Assembly: GCA_963693365.1 (NCBI GenBank)
Contig: CAVNZM010000001.1
Coordinates: 15,929,840 to 15,993,839 of the forward strand
Length of the DNA: 64,000 bases
Reading direction: 5' to 3'
DNA from: Amoebidium appalachense
Lineage: Eukaryota; Protista; Ichthyosporea
Shown: one piece after another, positions 47,630-61,036 of the stretch
Numbering within the stretch: position 1 is the stretch's first letter
How the letters are laid out: each line of letters begins with the position of its first letter
Notes under the pieces: model-generated
What the model saw: the letters and a program-made list of their open reading frames with translations, nothing else
What the model was told of the DNA's origin: nothing
The model's database searches: none
Translations under genes and position numbers: made by a program

Positions 47630-50233
47630 CCCCCCCCACCCAAAAAAAAAAACACCTGCACTTTGTCCCCTCCCCTTTACCCCCTCCCCTCCCCTCCCCA
47701 TCCCCCCCCCCTCTCCGGTCCTCTCCGCCCCCCTCCCCCCTCCCCCCCAAACCCCCCCTCCTTCCTCCCCCCACCCCTTCGTTCCCACACCACACCCGTT
47801 TACATAGAATAACCACGCACCATGACCCTTTGAACCCCTCTCTGTCTTCCTGTTAGACTTGCGCCAGCCAGACAGGGGCCTCTCCTCCATCAGGTCGTTG
47901 CTGTTTCGTTCCTCCTCGAGTCTCCGCTTGTGTTCTCGTAACTGCTCCATCATCTCGCTCTGTCACAAAAAAAAAAAAACAAAAAACAAAAAAAAACCCC
48001 CGTGAGTGGTCGATGAAAGTGAACTTCATCCCCCCCCCCCCCCCCGGGGCTCCACCCTCCAGTGTGAAAGAGGCACATACCAACACTTACACATACATAT
48101 ATACGTACCCCCCCCCCCCCCCCCCCCCCCCCTCCTCTCCCCATAGCCATCCTGAAACCACTCACTTCACACCCACCAATCCCTTTTAAACAACGACCCC
48201 CCCCTCCCCCCCACCAAAAAAAAAAAAAAGACAAAAGAAAAAAGAGAAAGAAAAAATATCATCACACATTTACCCATCGAGCCCTCCACTCCCACACCGT
48301 CTTTTCCCCACTAACCCTCAACCACCCTCCTCCCCGAGGAAAAAACATGTGAAAAAACAAAAAGCATATAATAGAAAAAAGAAATCACACACACAAAAAC
48401 ACTCGCGCGCGCACACATACACACACAGGTGTGGACACACACACACACATGCAAGGGCGGCCACAGAAACACATGAAATTGGGACCACACATCCACCTAC
48501 ACACACACTTTCTCTCTGACTCTCGTTCTCTCCCTCGTCCAACCAACCCCATCTACAAAACACATACACACACTCTCTCTTTCTCTCCTTCATCCACATC
48601 CTCAGCCCCACCTTTATAGACTCCAGCTCTCTCTGCATGGCTTCATCAGCCTCCCTCTGCTCCTCCCCAAACCATCTGTTGACCGATTCCTCTCGATAGC
48701 GAACAAGAAGCTCGCATTCTTCCAAACGCCTCTCTCTCTGTCTTTCTAAATCGGCAACCTCTCGTAGATACCCCTCGTGTGTACCCTGTAGAAATGGTCG
48801 TTTAGAGCCATGCCACGCAGAAGTAAAAATGATGCGAAAGAGAGCAAACACACCTTGCAAGATGACTCGTTAAGTCATCAAGAGCGCTAGGGCACAGAGC
48901 TGAGAAACATAGGAAAGTAATACAAGAGTTACGGCTTCCTCCATGCAAGCACAAAGAGGGAATCTCTGATGAACATCGTGGTATGCTAACACGATTACTT
49001 GTTTGTTGTGTGGGTCAGAAGATCTGGTAGTAAGGTCAGCACGTTGGTAGGGTTATTTTTCAGGTCAGGGGTTGACGGAACACTTACGTAAATAGAGCTG
49101 AGAAACACTGGAAAGTAATACAAGAGTAATGGCTTCCTCCTGCAAGCACAAACAGGGAATCTCTGATAAACATCGTGGTATGCTAACACAATTATATGTT
49201 TGTTGTGTGGGTCAGAAGATCTGGTAGTATGGTCAGCATGTTGGTAGGGTTATTTTTCGGGTCAGGGGTTGACGGAACACAAACGTAAAAAGTAAGTTTC
49301 AAGCCCCTTTTAGCTGTAGATTGTTATGTGTTAACATAAAGGAATAAGCTATGCATTCACCAGAACGAGTATCCTCAGAACCCATCAAAGTTTCGTTGCT
49401 CTCCAGAGACATAAAGTTGGTTTGAATTCTCTCCACCGACAATGTGCTAATACTAAGCAAAGTACAGAATGTAACAGTATTGTGTGGTAGTACAAACCAA
49501 AGCATAGTCTAAATGACAAGAACAGCCGTTGCATGCACTCAGGTTGCAGGGGAGGAAGAGGAGAAGCAGGTGCTGGAATCGACACGCAATTGACGGATTG
49601 GTTGGTTTATTGAAACGTGGGCGGGGAAACCGAGAAGCAGTCGAACACAGGGGTGAAAGGAGCGAATTTTGAGGTATGTGTGAACGCCCAGCTTCATCGA
49701 GTAAAAACCGCTATGATTTTATTCATAGTCAAAGTGTAGCTTTAGCTAGTGTGTGACCATATGGGCAAGAGTGGGACTTGACAAGCCAGGATGATGAGAA
49801 TTACATTCATCCGCAAGCGTCTAAATTAATATGAGTTCGAAACCAAAATATCCGCCCGACAGCCAGTAAACCCAGTGGTAGAGACAGAGGTGGGGCAAGG
49901 AGCTAGGTAGGTCATGGTTGCCGGTTTCTGCGGGTTGGTGGTGGTGCACAGCAAACACAAGAGGTGTCGGAGGCAATCGAGCTGACCAGTTCCCTGAAAA
50001 TTCTAACATCACCAGTTCTTTTTTTTTTTGTGCATGCAAATTATTGACAAACACGGGAAAGAGCCTACCTGCCTAACCTCCTCTATCTCCCTCTCTATCG
50101 TTGCCTGCGAGTCTCTGAACAGGGAGTCTTTGAGGCCTGCAAACTCCGCCTCAGAAAGCCCCACTGCACCATCGTGCTGGGAAAAATCTTCTTCTTCGAA
50201 ATCTAGATCCCCGTTGTACGATGTAGGTGCCAT
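46510..50233 (-). CDS. Sds3/SUDS3/BRMS1-family Sin3-HDAC complex subunit (exons 50233-50069, 48785-48612, 47959-~47830, 47419-47334, 46612-46510)
   Basis: EFAGLKDSLFRD..IEREIEEVRQ|GTHEGYL..LE..R..RL coiled coil; KRRLEEER; VTGPKIVYSLKEGDINEDV, typical of the Sds3 family. One junction is unresolved. Confidence 0.85.
48896..49287. repeat. Tandem duplication, 2 x ~198 bp, in an intron
   Basis: AGAGCTGAGAAACA..GGAAAGTAATACAAGAGT starts at 48896 and at 49094. Confidence 0.93.
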
Positions 50234-51289
50234 GATCTTGGGTTGTGTGATCTTTTCTTTGTTTGTTTTGGGCCAAATGAGAGTAGGAGAGTTAGTATCG
50301 TGGATTGTATGCGTTATATTCCAACTAAGCTTTTCGAAATCGTTTCTGTTAGCCTGTTCTTCTAGGCTTTAAAGAATAGTAATGACGTTTAAACCCTACT
50401 ATGTTACCCTTTCTTTTCATCATTTAGCGTGGGGATGAATACATGGAGACAAGGAAAAAAAAACCTGACACCGCACAACTCAACGGTCTGAAGACGTTTG
50501 GCCGTCGAACACGGCTGACTCTGCAAAAGCCACTTGCGGCATGTGATCCGTGGATACAAAACCCGAGAATCATTTTTACCGACGTTATGAATTGGCTTGT
50601 AGAGTTTGGGGCTTTATGAACGTTATAAACATGGTGCTAAAGGCACGGTCGGGCACGTATACGCGCACATATAGAGTCTTGCGCGTAAAATAAAGAAAAC
50701 CGGAAATAACATATATATTCGTTAGCTATTTATGTGTACCTACGAAAAATAGACACTGGAGGATGACCGAGAGCGATCATATCAAGGAGGCCAATGTAAA
50801 ACACAGAAGTTCCTAAAATAAAAATTCGGTGAATCCCATATGTTGATGTGTGCTTCGTAAGCCAATAAGAATGCAGAATAGGGTCATTTGATTGGTTTTA
50901 TTTGCACCACTGCCGTAAGATGTGCTACCTTGCGTGGTGCATGCCTGACCAACCAAAACTGCAAAACATTAACCATTTAGGGCTATTGCGCGCTTTTACC
51001 CCCTCTTGTAGAAGTGCATTGATCTAATACCGGACATTCCCTATATTATCGTCGAAGATTGCTCCATATTTAGGCACAATAGGGATGACCATATGCATAT
51101 TCAACAATGGATTTGCCAATTGCAATGGGCCTTGCTTCCATATACATGCCTCAGATGCACGAGAAAACCAAAGTCGCCCAGCCAGGCTGAGCCCGGGCTG
51201 CAGATATCTAGACAATCATCTGAAGCCATCATCGGATTCCAAATATAGCTGTACAGATGGTGTATTTGCAGCTGCACCTGAATCAGATA

Positions 51290-51364
<75 letters not shown>

Positions 51365-51691
51365 ACGTGTGTGTGCGTGTGCGTTCCCGCCCGTGCGCGC
51401 CCATGTGCTTGCGCATGCAGGAATGCAGTCCCCCCCCCCCCCCCCCCGGTGGATCTCACGGTTGGCCTTAGATACATTTTTCAACAAGATGAAAAACAAA
51501 ACAAATACATATCTTTCAGAAATCTCAAGACGAGCAATCTGCATCGACAAACCCTCGGGAGAATCTGAGCACACGTGTACCCACACCACTTAGTACACCA
51601 CATAATGGCCTACATACCCATTGAATTCTCCCTAAAGGCTCTAGCACCTTATATTTCCACCCTAAGTCTTATTGCACACAGGAGATGGGGG

Positions 51692-51926
51692 CTATTCTGT
51701 AAGCAACAATTTGGCCACGATATCCGCCCCATCGACAATATTATCCGAAGAAAACTCCTTGCTAGCCCCCGTCACCATCACCTGGACGTCGTGCTCTGTC
51801 TGTTTTCGGGCCAGCTTTGGCTGGACTACCTGCACGTCGGATTTGCTCGACACCTCCTCCTCTTCCATGATTGTCGATGTGTCAAGTTTTTGCTGCTGTG
51901 GTGATGATGTTAGAAGTGTGCTGGGG

Positions 51927-52013
<87 letters not shown>

Positions 52014-53021
52014 CCAGATCTTTTTGTTTTTTATCACCTTTATCCCCCCCCCCCCCCCCCGCGCCCCAGAAGACCCCTTGGGGTCCCTCTTAGGAACTAC
52101 TGTCTCCCACCAAGCACAGACTTCACACACGTTACGGTGCTTGGCAGTGTGATATTTTTTTGAAGTGTGAGCAGGCCGAGGATAGGGTTGCCACAGACCA
52201 ATGTGCTTCCAATCCACTTTCATGACCAGTGGGTAAGAGCATGCACGGGTCAGTGGATTTCTGAGAGAATTGTGTAGACTTGGGTCCGCCAGAGACGTAG
52301 GAGGACGGCGGGGAAGGGGGGGGGGGGGGGGGGGGGGGGGGGGAAGGGGGTGATGTATGCGTTAGAGGGTTGGAAACATGGAGGAGACAACAAAGAGCAT
52401 CAACAAATCGTCACAAACCCGGAAAATCCAAAATCAAAACAATTAAGCGTGCAGGCAGAAGACACTTGAACACAGCCCATCATCAGGGGGGGTTCCTATG
52501 CCTCCACAAAAGCATGGGTTTCGCCATTTTAACCTCTCGCGCGTGGTTCCCAACCCATACCTTGTTTCATTAGCAATAGGCGAGTCCACCCGTCTTGGCC
52601 AAAGACGAGCAGGGTTGTTCAAGGAGCAGCAATCTAAGAAAACAGAGTCTACAAAAACTGCAAGCAGAAAATCCAAAGAAAACAAGCAGAGAAGTAGAGC
52701 ATAAGCCGGGCTCCTACAAAGCTCCCCGACTCCCTAACCTTTGGAGAAGGGGAGGGAGGGAGGGGGGGGGGGGGGGGAGGATGGGTGCAGCGGGGAAGGG
52801 GGGGGGGGGGGGAGGGGGGAGAGAGGGGGAAAGGGGGGAGGGGGGGACATGGAGACACAGAGAAATAGAGGGGGAACTGGGGGGGGGGGGGGGGGGGGGA
52901 AGGGGGGAGGGGGGAGAGAGGCTGAGCACGATATGAAGCACAATCACACAACGAGAGACACGGTGCTGGACAGACGCAAATATGCAACAACGGCAACTTG
53001 TATGTAGTATGGAGGGGGGGT

Positions 53022-53055
<34 letters not shown>

Positions 53056-53740
53056 GGGGGGGTCGACTCACGAATGATGCACGATGGCTGGCACGACGCT
53101 GCCTGCCCAACACCTGATAGTTCCATGCAAACTGCAGAACACCCAATCAGATCATTGCACCATACAGCCGATCAGATACTTGTACCATACAGCCAATCAG
53201 AATATTGCACAGACACGTGCACATGCAGGAAGCACACTTGCTCGTACATGCACATGCACACCCGATAGGTGCATACCCGACCCTATACCCCCTGATATCA
53301 CTGTGTGCACGTGTGATCGTGGCCAGCAAATACATGCAATATGTACACTTGTACAAACTCGCATGTGATCTAATTCTGGAGTAGAAACCCTGTCGTCAGC
53401 TTTTTTAACTGCCACGTATCATTCTCGGATCTGGCCAACATGTAAAACCGGTAAAAATAAAGGAGCACACATACAGTGCACGCACCTTTGACCAGTTAGC
53501 AAACTCCTCCCAGTCAATTGTGCCCGAGTGGTCCGAGTCCAAAAAGTCCATTGCCTGCTGAATGCTCTCCTCCGTAAACGGCCACCGAAGATCCTAAAAA
53601 ACCCCCATGGGTGGAAATGAAACCCCACGTTAGTGAAAATCCAACACTGGTTTCCTTCTTTCTCTTCTATATTAAACTGAATGACATCATACATGTGGGC
53701 GGCTTGGTTCGCGCAAACATCTAATCACTCGATGTTCGAA

Positions 53741-53795
<55 letters not shown>

Positions 53796-53979
53796 AAAAA
53801 CAACAGCCAAAAAGACTCGTGCAATTGTATAAACACACACACAAGCTGGCAGGAACACGCACGTGTGTGCGGGAGCATGCATCCGTTATGCACACTCACA
53901 CATGCACACACACTCTCTTTCCCCTACCCGGAAAAACAAACTCACATATCCCCACTCCCCCTTCCCCTTGCCACAGCAC

Positions 53980-54047
<68 letters not shown>

Positions 54048-54529
54048 ACCACCGCCACCGCAACCACCCCACACGAAAAAAAGGGGCGGAAGAGGGAAGG
54101 AGGGGAGAAGGAAGGGGGGGGGGGGGGGGGGGGGATTGCCTATCCCAAAATCCCTCTTGTGCAACTGCCACCCCCCCCCCCCCCCCCCCCCCACCCCCAC
54201 CCCCCATTGTTGTTCCTTTGCTTCCCCGCCTCCCTTCCCGCATGGTCTCGTCATATACCATTTTTGGGTTGATTTTCCCACCAATACATCATAGGAACTC
54301 CACAGAAAAACCATTCGTACCGGGGTTGCAAGGTAAATTTCACAGCCCAGATAACGCTGACAGTGGATATACATACTGGGTGGTGCACCTACCGCGAAGA
54401 TCTTGCTGAGCTCGTTTGATTCGATGGTGCCGCTTTTGTCCGTGTCATATCTGCAACAAACAAAATGGTCACAAAAAACATCGATTATATACAGCAACAA
54501 CAGGTCATGTTATGCCTTGCACCCCCCCC

Positions 54530-54563
<34 letters not shown>

Positions 54564-54651
54564 GGGGGAGTCTACCAGCAATCAAAAGCCTTTCCACTAC
54601 CTGTCAGTCTCCTCACCCCCCCCCCCCCCCCCCCCCCCCCTCTCCCAAACC

Positions 54652-54700
<49 letters not shown>

Positions 54701-54725
54701 CCAAAAAAGAAATTTTAATTTTTTT

Positions 54726-54770
<45 letters not shown>

Positions 54771-54838
54771 AGGAACGAAAGAAGGAGGGCATGACCCCAA
54801 AGTCATCATGCCTTTTAACTAAAAAAAGGGGAGGGTGT

Positions 54839-54869
<31 letters not shown>

Positions 54870-55978
54870 GGGGGGGGGGTTTGAATGCGGAACACGGTAC
54901 GAAGTACGCATACACGATGAGAAGCATGGTGCAGGACACATGCAAAGGCAAACATTCAAGTATGCAACATCATCCATGCGCACAGTATGCGTCATAAGCA
55001 GAGCCCATCCTCAGGGAGGGCCCAAGTCATCAATTGCGTCTGAGTTTCGACCCCTTAGCCCGCGTATATACGACTCTCCAACTCAGACAGCAGCATCAAC
55101 TGAACTTGGGAGGGTCAACCCGTCTTGATCAAAGACGAGCAGGGTTGCTTATGCAAGCAAGGTGAGCAAAACGGTGAAGAGGTGTGTGCAAACTAATTCA
55201 GTGCAGCGAAAAATGTGTATGTGCTTACAGATGCACGACACAGCAACCATGCCCGGTTGCATGGAAGTAAAGCGGTTGGGGGGGGGGGGGGGGGGGGGGA
55301 GGGGGGGCAACACGTTCACCTATCTTGCGAATATAATATAAGCCCCCTCCCCCTCCTCATAACTCATCCCAACACTGCATCTGCCGATATTCACTCGCAC
55401 CTTGCCTTCTCTACTCTCTTCGCCTGGCTAATCCCATCCCCTTGCCCCCCCTCCCTCTTCCTCTCTCTCCCTAACTCTTTCCTTGTCTTGCCCCTTCCCC
55501 TCCCCCTCTCCCCCCCCCCTCCCCCTCCCCCCCCCCCCGCCCTGCCCGCAAAAAATACACAAACACACACATGCACACATGCACACATTCACACGCATCC
55601 CTAACTACCTACCTACCCAACACCCACATACACACCCACTCGACCATCCACCCGTACCCACCCACACGCACACACCTATTCCCACTCACTCACCCACCCG
55701 CCCACCCAACATCCACTCAGCCACACCCACACACCCCAACATACCCACACACCAACATCACAACCACACCCACATCACAACGCACCCTCCCTCCCCCCCC
55801 CCCCCCCCCCCCCTCCCCCCTCCACACAACCAAACCCCCCACCCTTACAAACCCACCAACCCTCCCTCCCCTTCCCCCCCCCCTCCCCCCCCCCCCCCCA
55901 CCAACCCAACTCCAACAAATTCCCCCCCCCCTCCCCCCCATCCCCCTCGCCCCCTCCCCCCTCCCCCCTCCCCCCAAA

Positions 55979-56016
<38 letters not shown>

Positions 56017-56703
56017 TTATCAAATGCAGCCCTCAAAATCTCGGTCTGTTTCGAATCCTCCTCGTGCTCGTGCTCTGGTGCCTCCTCCAAAGATTCCAAC
56101 TTTTGCGTCACCGTAAGCTCGTCTGTAGCCGAAGTCTACATCCCCACCCTTGTTAATTCCTTGTCCCGCTCAAACATCCCATCCCCCCCTCCCCCCCCCC
56201 AAAACACACACACACACACACCCACACCCACACACCCACCCACCCACCCACCCACCCACACACACACACACACACCCACACACACACCCACACACCAAAC
56301 ACATTGTGACACCAAACGCACACACACACCATGCGCCCCTCTCCCGTCCCTCCCTCCCTCCAACTCTTTCCCTCATTACTCCCACTCCAACCCTATACAT
56401 GCCTCCAGGACACACACACACAAACCACCACTGCCCCAACCAACCCACACACCAATACACAGCTACACTCACTTGCCCTCCCACCCACAACACACCCCGC
56501 CAGCCCCCCCCCCCCCCCCCCCCCCCCCCTCCCCCCCTCCTCTCTTCGCCCCAATCCCACCTCGCATCCCCCCTCTCCCCTTCCCCTCCCATCTTCTACT
56601 TTCCCCATTCACACCTTTGTCTTGAGGATCTTATATGCTCCTCCCCCGCCCTCCCACGTCCCCCCCCCCCCCCAAACACATACACACACACACATATGCG
56701 CGC

Positions 56704-56734
<31 letters not shown>

Positions 56735-56964
56735 TTTGTCTTAAGGATCTTATATGACCAGGCAAAGTCGCTCCACTTTCTGAACTCCCCCCACTCGATA
56801 GTTCCACTGTTGTCCGAGTCCAAAAGTCGCAGTGCCTGCTTGAATGCCCCATCGTCCACAGACCACCCGAGATCCTGCACGGCGCTATTTGTTAGAGCAA
56901 CCACACACACGAACACACACGAAAACACTCATACACACATGGGCACGCGCGACACACGCGCGCG

Positions 56965-57047
<83 letters not shown>

Positions 57048-57126
57048 CACACAACACACACGGGTACGCGCGACACACACACACACACACACAAAAAAAG
57101 AAAAAAACACCACACCTCAACACATG

Positions 57127-57161
<35 letters not shown>

Positions 57162-57274
57162 GCACAAAGACACAAACAAACACACACATGCGTCATACGT
57201 CCTCCATCCCATCCCCCCCCCCCCCCTCCAAAAAAAAAAAAAAACCCGCACCACACATACTCCCCCTCCCCTTC

Positions 57275-57308
<34 letters not shown>

Positions 57309-57482
57309 ACAACACACAAGCACAGATGCTGCCACATCCTCTCCTCCCTTCAACTGCTCTATATCGGACACGGTATTTTGGGTCCCCTTCTTTAATTTAT
57401 ATCCTCACATTCATTCACCAACACACAGGCACAACGATCCCCCCCCCCCCCCCCCCCCCCCCCCACACACACACCCCTCCCC

Positions 57483-57560
<78 letters not shown>

Positions 57561-57603
57561 TAACTTTCACTCACACACAAGCACACACACACATACGCTC
57601 GCG

Positions 57604-57673
<70 letters not shown>

Positions 57674-57808
57674 TGCTAGCACACCCTTGTCCGTTTCCAA
57701 CACCGCAAAGCGCGTGTCCACCCTTCGACTTATTCCCCCTTCCCCACCCCCCGCCCCCTCCTTTACCCCCTGAAACACTCACCCACCCATCCACTCAACC
57801 ATACCCAC

Positions 57809-57846
<38 letters not shown>

Positions 57847-58835
57847 CACACACATACCGTTCACCACACCCACCAACCACCCTTTCCCCGTAGCACACGG
57901 ATCCCCCCACCCTCCCCTATCAAAAGCATTCATCCACAGACAGGCAAACACCAACACACCTCTTCTTCTTCATCCTTCAGTGATGCACGCCCCCCTCTCC
58001 CCCCGCCCCCCTCTCCTCCCCGTTCTCCTCCCCCCTTCCCCCCTCCCCCCTCCCCCCCCACACCCCTCCACCCCCAACACAAACACACACGCACCACACC
58101 ACCACCACCACCAAACCTCACCCCCTCACGAGACCTTTGGCTACACTTTCCTCCACACTTCAGGCAACGGTGGAAGCTCACCGTTACCTTGCTGCACCTA
58201 ACCAACTCCACAATGCGCACCACAAAGGCAGAACAAATTTGCGGTACACACGCACACCCACACAGACATGTACACACAGGCACATGCACACACACACACA
58301 GGTACATATACACACATATATACATATACATATGGTACACACACGCACATGCACACACACACACAGGTGTATATATATATATATATTATGCCCACCCAAT
58401 TGCACACCCACACACACACACACACACACACCTGCCGGCATCCACCCGCTATCGATCTGCCCACTATGTAATCACCCACCCATGCCCACATGTAGAACAT
58501 GTAGCAAGAGCGCGGGGGAATTACCTGGAAGAGAAGTCTCAGCTCCGCCGTATCTATCGTTCCACTGCTGTCGGTGTCATATTTCTGGAACGCCTCCTAC
58601 ATCAACGTCAAGTGTTAGTTGGGCGAAACAACGGGATTTTACACAACTGCAGAAGTGGAGGAAAGGTGATGTGGATGCCATGGCTCGAGAATTACCACAA
58701 ACAGAGAGAGAAAAAGCGTACTATAAGCTATGATGGGGGGAAAAAACGATTGATGTCAAGTGGTGAAAGGAGTGCATAGGCAGAGATCCTAACATCTTCC
58801 CAGACACCCTGCACTCAGACTAGACGGTCGTGTGA

Positions 58836-58896
<61 letters not shown>

Positions 58897-59000
58897 TTTC
58901 GGACTCACTTGCCTTTGATTCTTGAGAGCAAACACGTCCAACCCGTACAAGTGGGAAGCAGTATTGCAAGAGCGAAACTTGCGACCATATAATTGGGGCC
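51692..59000 (-). CDS. Spliced calmodulin-like protein with four EF-hands (5' exons may extend to ~61.7 kb)
   Basis: Exons read AFQKYDTDSSGTIDTAELRLLFQ (~58.5 kb) | DLGW..LLDSDNSGTIEWGEF (~56.8 kb) | ..RAAFDK (56.0 kb) | YDTDKSGTIESNEL (54.4 kb) | DLRW..FLDSDHSGTIDWEEF (53.5 kb); a probable last exon ends TAG at 51692. Confidence 0.78.
52351..52742 (-). mobile_element. Subfamily C retroposon copy with structured RNA core 52465-52623
   Basis: The reverse complement keeps ACCCTGCTCGTCTTTGGCCAAGACGGGT, CGAAAC and CCCCTGATGATGGGC while the stems are replaced by different complementary sequences; G-runs on both sides. Confidence 0.82.
52918..53010 (-). mobile_element. Diverged B-like 3' fragment of the retroposon, head-to-tail with the subfamily C copy
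   Basis: The reverse complement TGTTGCATATTTGCGTCTGTCCAGCACCGTGTCTCTCGTTGTG..CTTCATATCGTGCTCAGC resembles the subfamily B 3' end. Confidence 0.6.
54880..55277 (-). mobile_element. Subfamily B retroposon copy (~400 bp) in an intron of the EF-hand gene
   Basis: Near-identical to 14861-15252; flanked by G-runs on both sides. Confidence 0.93.
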
Positions 59001-59058
59001 AAGGGAGAGCACCTAGAAGTAACACGACAGGAAAGGGGAAGCGGGGTGTGGAGGAGGA

Positions 59059-59095
<37 letters not shown>

Positions 59096-60947
59096 AAGGG
59101 GGAGGGGGGAGACGTGGAGGAAGGGGGGAGAGGGAGGTGGGAGTAAGAGGAGGAGGATACAAACCTTGAGGATGTCTGCACTGACTTTGGCAGACATTGT
59201 TGTGTTATCTTATGTGAGCAGCAGAAGCGCACCTGTTTAAAGTGAGCGCAGTTAGCAGTCGCGGAATGCCTAAGGCAGGTGCCTGGCACACAATAAAACA
59301 AAGTGTGCAAACACGGATACATACGCGCGCATACTTGCACGGAGTCACACGGGCACAAGATGCAAGGTGGGGCACCATACACTATGCTCGCTTGCATGTC
59401 AGTACGGGTGCACACGCACGCAGCTGTCGGCAAATGGCAAGCAGCTACACCGTATTGTAAGCACGCTGCAACAACTGCACCGCTAGACTTATGTGACTGA
59501 ATCTCAACAGCTGAGCTCGGAGTCGTGCCTTTTGTGCTTTGTAGTCAGACTTCGAAATAACTGTAAGCCCCGCTCATTTCATCAGATGCACTGACTACAA
59601 AAGCCACCCAACACTACCCACTCCCAGGAAGCCCATCTATTTGTAGTCTGCCTGTAATCAAGCAAATCTTTTATAAATGCAAACACCTACTTTATTAAGG
59701 GCTAGACTCAACAGCTCAGCAAAAGTCTCCAAGTCACAACCAAGACGATTCCCTGCTTGAGTGTCCTAGTAACTAAGAAACTAAAAACGAAGTTCTGGAC
59801 ACGAACTGAAAACAGCCTGAAAAACTAAGACGATGTTGTGACGTCACCGTAGGTAACATTCCCGCATGCTCATTTGTTTGCGCAAACACAGTGGCTCACA
59901 GAGTCACAGTCACCTGCTGCCTGATGTCGATTATTTAGCTCTGAGGTCCGGCTTCGCGCTTACTCGTTGTCTGTGTCTGTGTGTGTGTGTGTCTGTGTGT
60001 CTATGTGCAACGGTATACCTCGGCACTTTGATGTCTTGTGTGTGAACATTGCTTTTCTTAGGGAGTGCAGAATGTGCCTAGGTACTTCCGTGTGTGAGTG
60101 TGCTTGTGTGCTTTTGTGTGTGCGCGCGCGTGTGTGTACAGTGAAGTTGTGTGTGTTCAATATGCGCGTTGACTGAAATTTTTTTGCCTGCTCAGAGTAA
60201 GAGAAGAGGAGAGAAAAGATAGGAAAAGTCCTTAGACAGGATCGGGTTCAACGCACAAGACGTCTGCGTCAGTGCACGTGTGTGTGTGCGGGTGTATGTT
60301 GGCAATGCTTGCATACGGATGCACGTGTATGCGCCTTGAGAGAGTGAGGGAGCTCGAGGGGGGTAAGTGGGACGAGAGAGGCGAGGGCAGGACATGGTGA
60401 GCAAAAGAAAAAAGATCCGAGTGTGTGTGTGTGTTCTCCCGTGCCTTGAGCACACACTTAGTAAGTGCATCCATTCCGGTGAGGGATGGGTCCGACGTGT
60501 TTTTACGGTTTTTGTAGCCCCTTAAAAGACTTAAGTGGTGAGAAGAAAGGGGGGGGGAGGGGAGGGGGGAGGGGAGGGAGACGGGGGGGGGGGGGGGAGG
60601 GGGGGGGGGGGGGGAGATTAGCGGGTAAGTGTCGGTGTCAGTGCCCGCACTTGAGGACAATATGTGTTCTTGTGTGTCAACTGGTAACGTGTCAGTGACC
60701 TACTTAATGTGTGTGCATTTTATGTGTTTGGGTGCTACATTGTGCAAGTGGTACGGTGGGCATGTGTATTAAAGTATGCTTGCATGTGTGTATGGGTACT
60801 TTCCGGTTGTGCACGTGTGCGTGCGTGCGTACGTTTATATGCGCACGTTTGTGAAATTCAATGTAGGCATGTGAGAGCGAGTCTGAGTGTAGGTGTGAGT
60901 GAGCCGCTGAGTGTGCGAGTGAGTGAGTACGTTGAGTGAGTGTGTGC

Positions 60948-61036
<89 letters not shown>

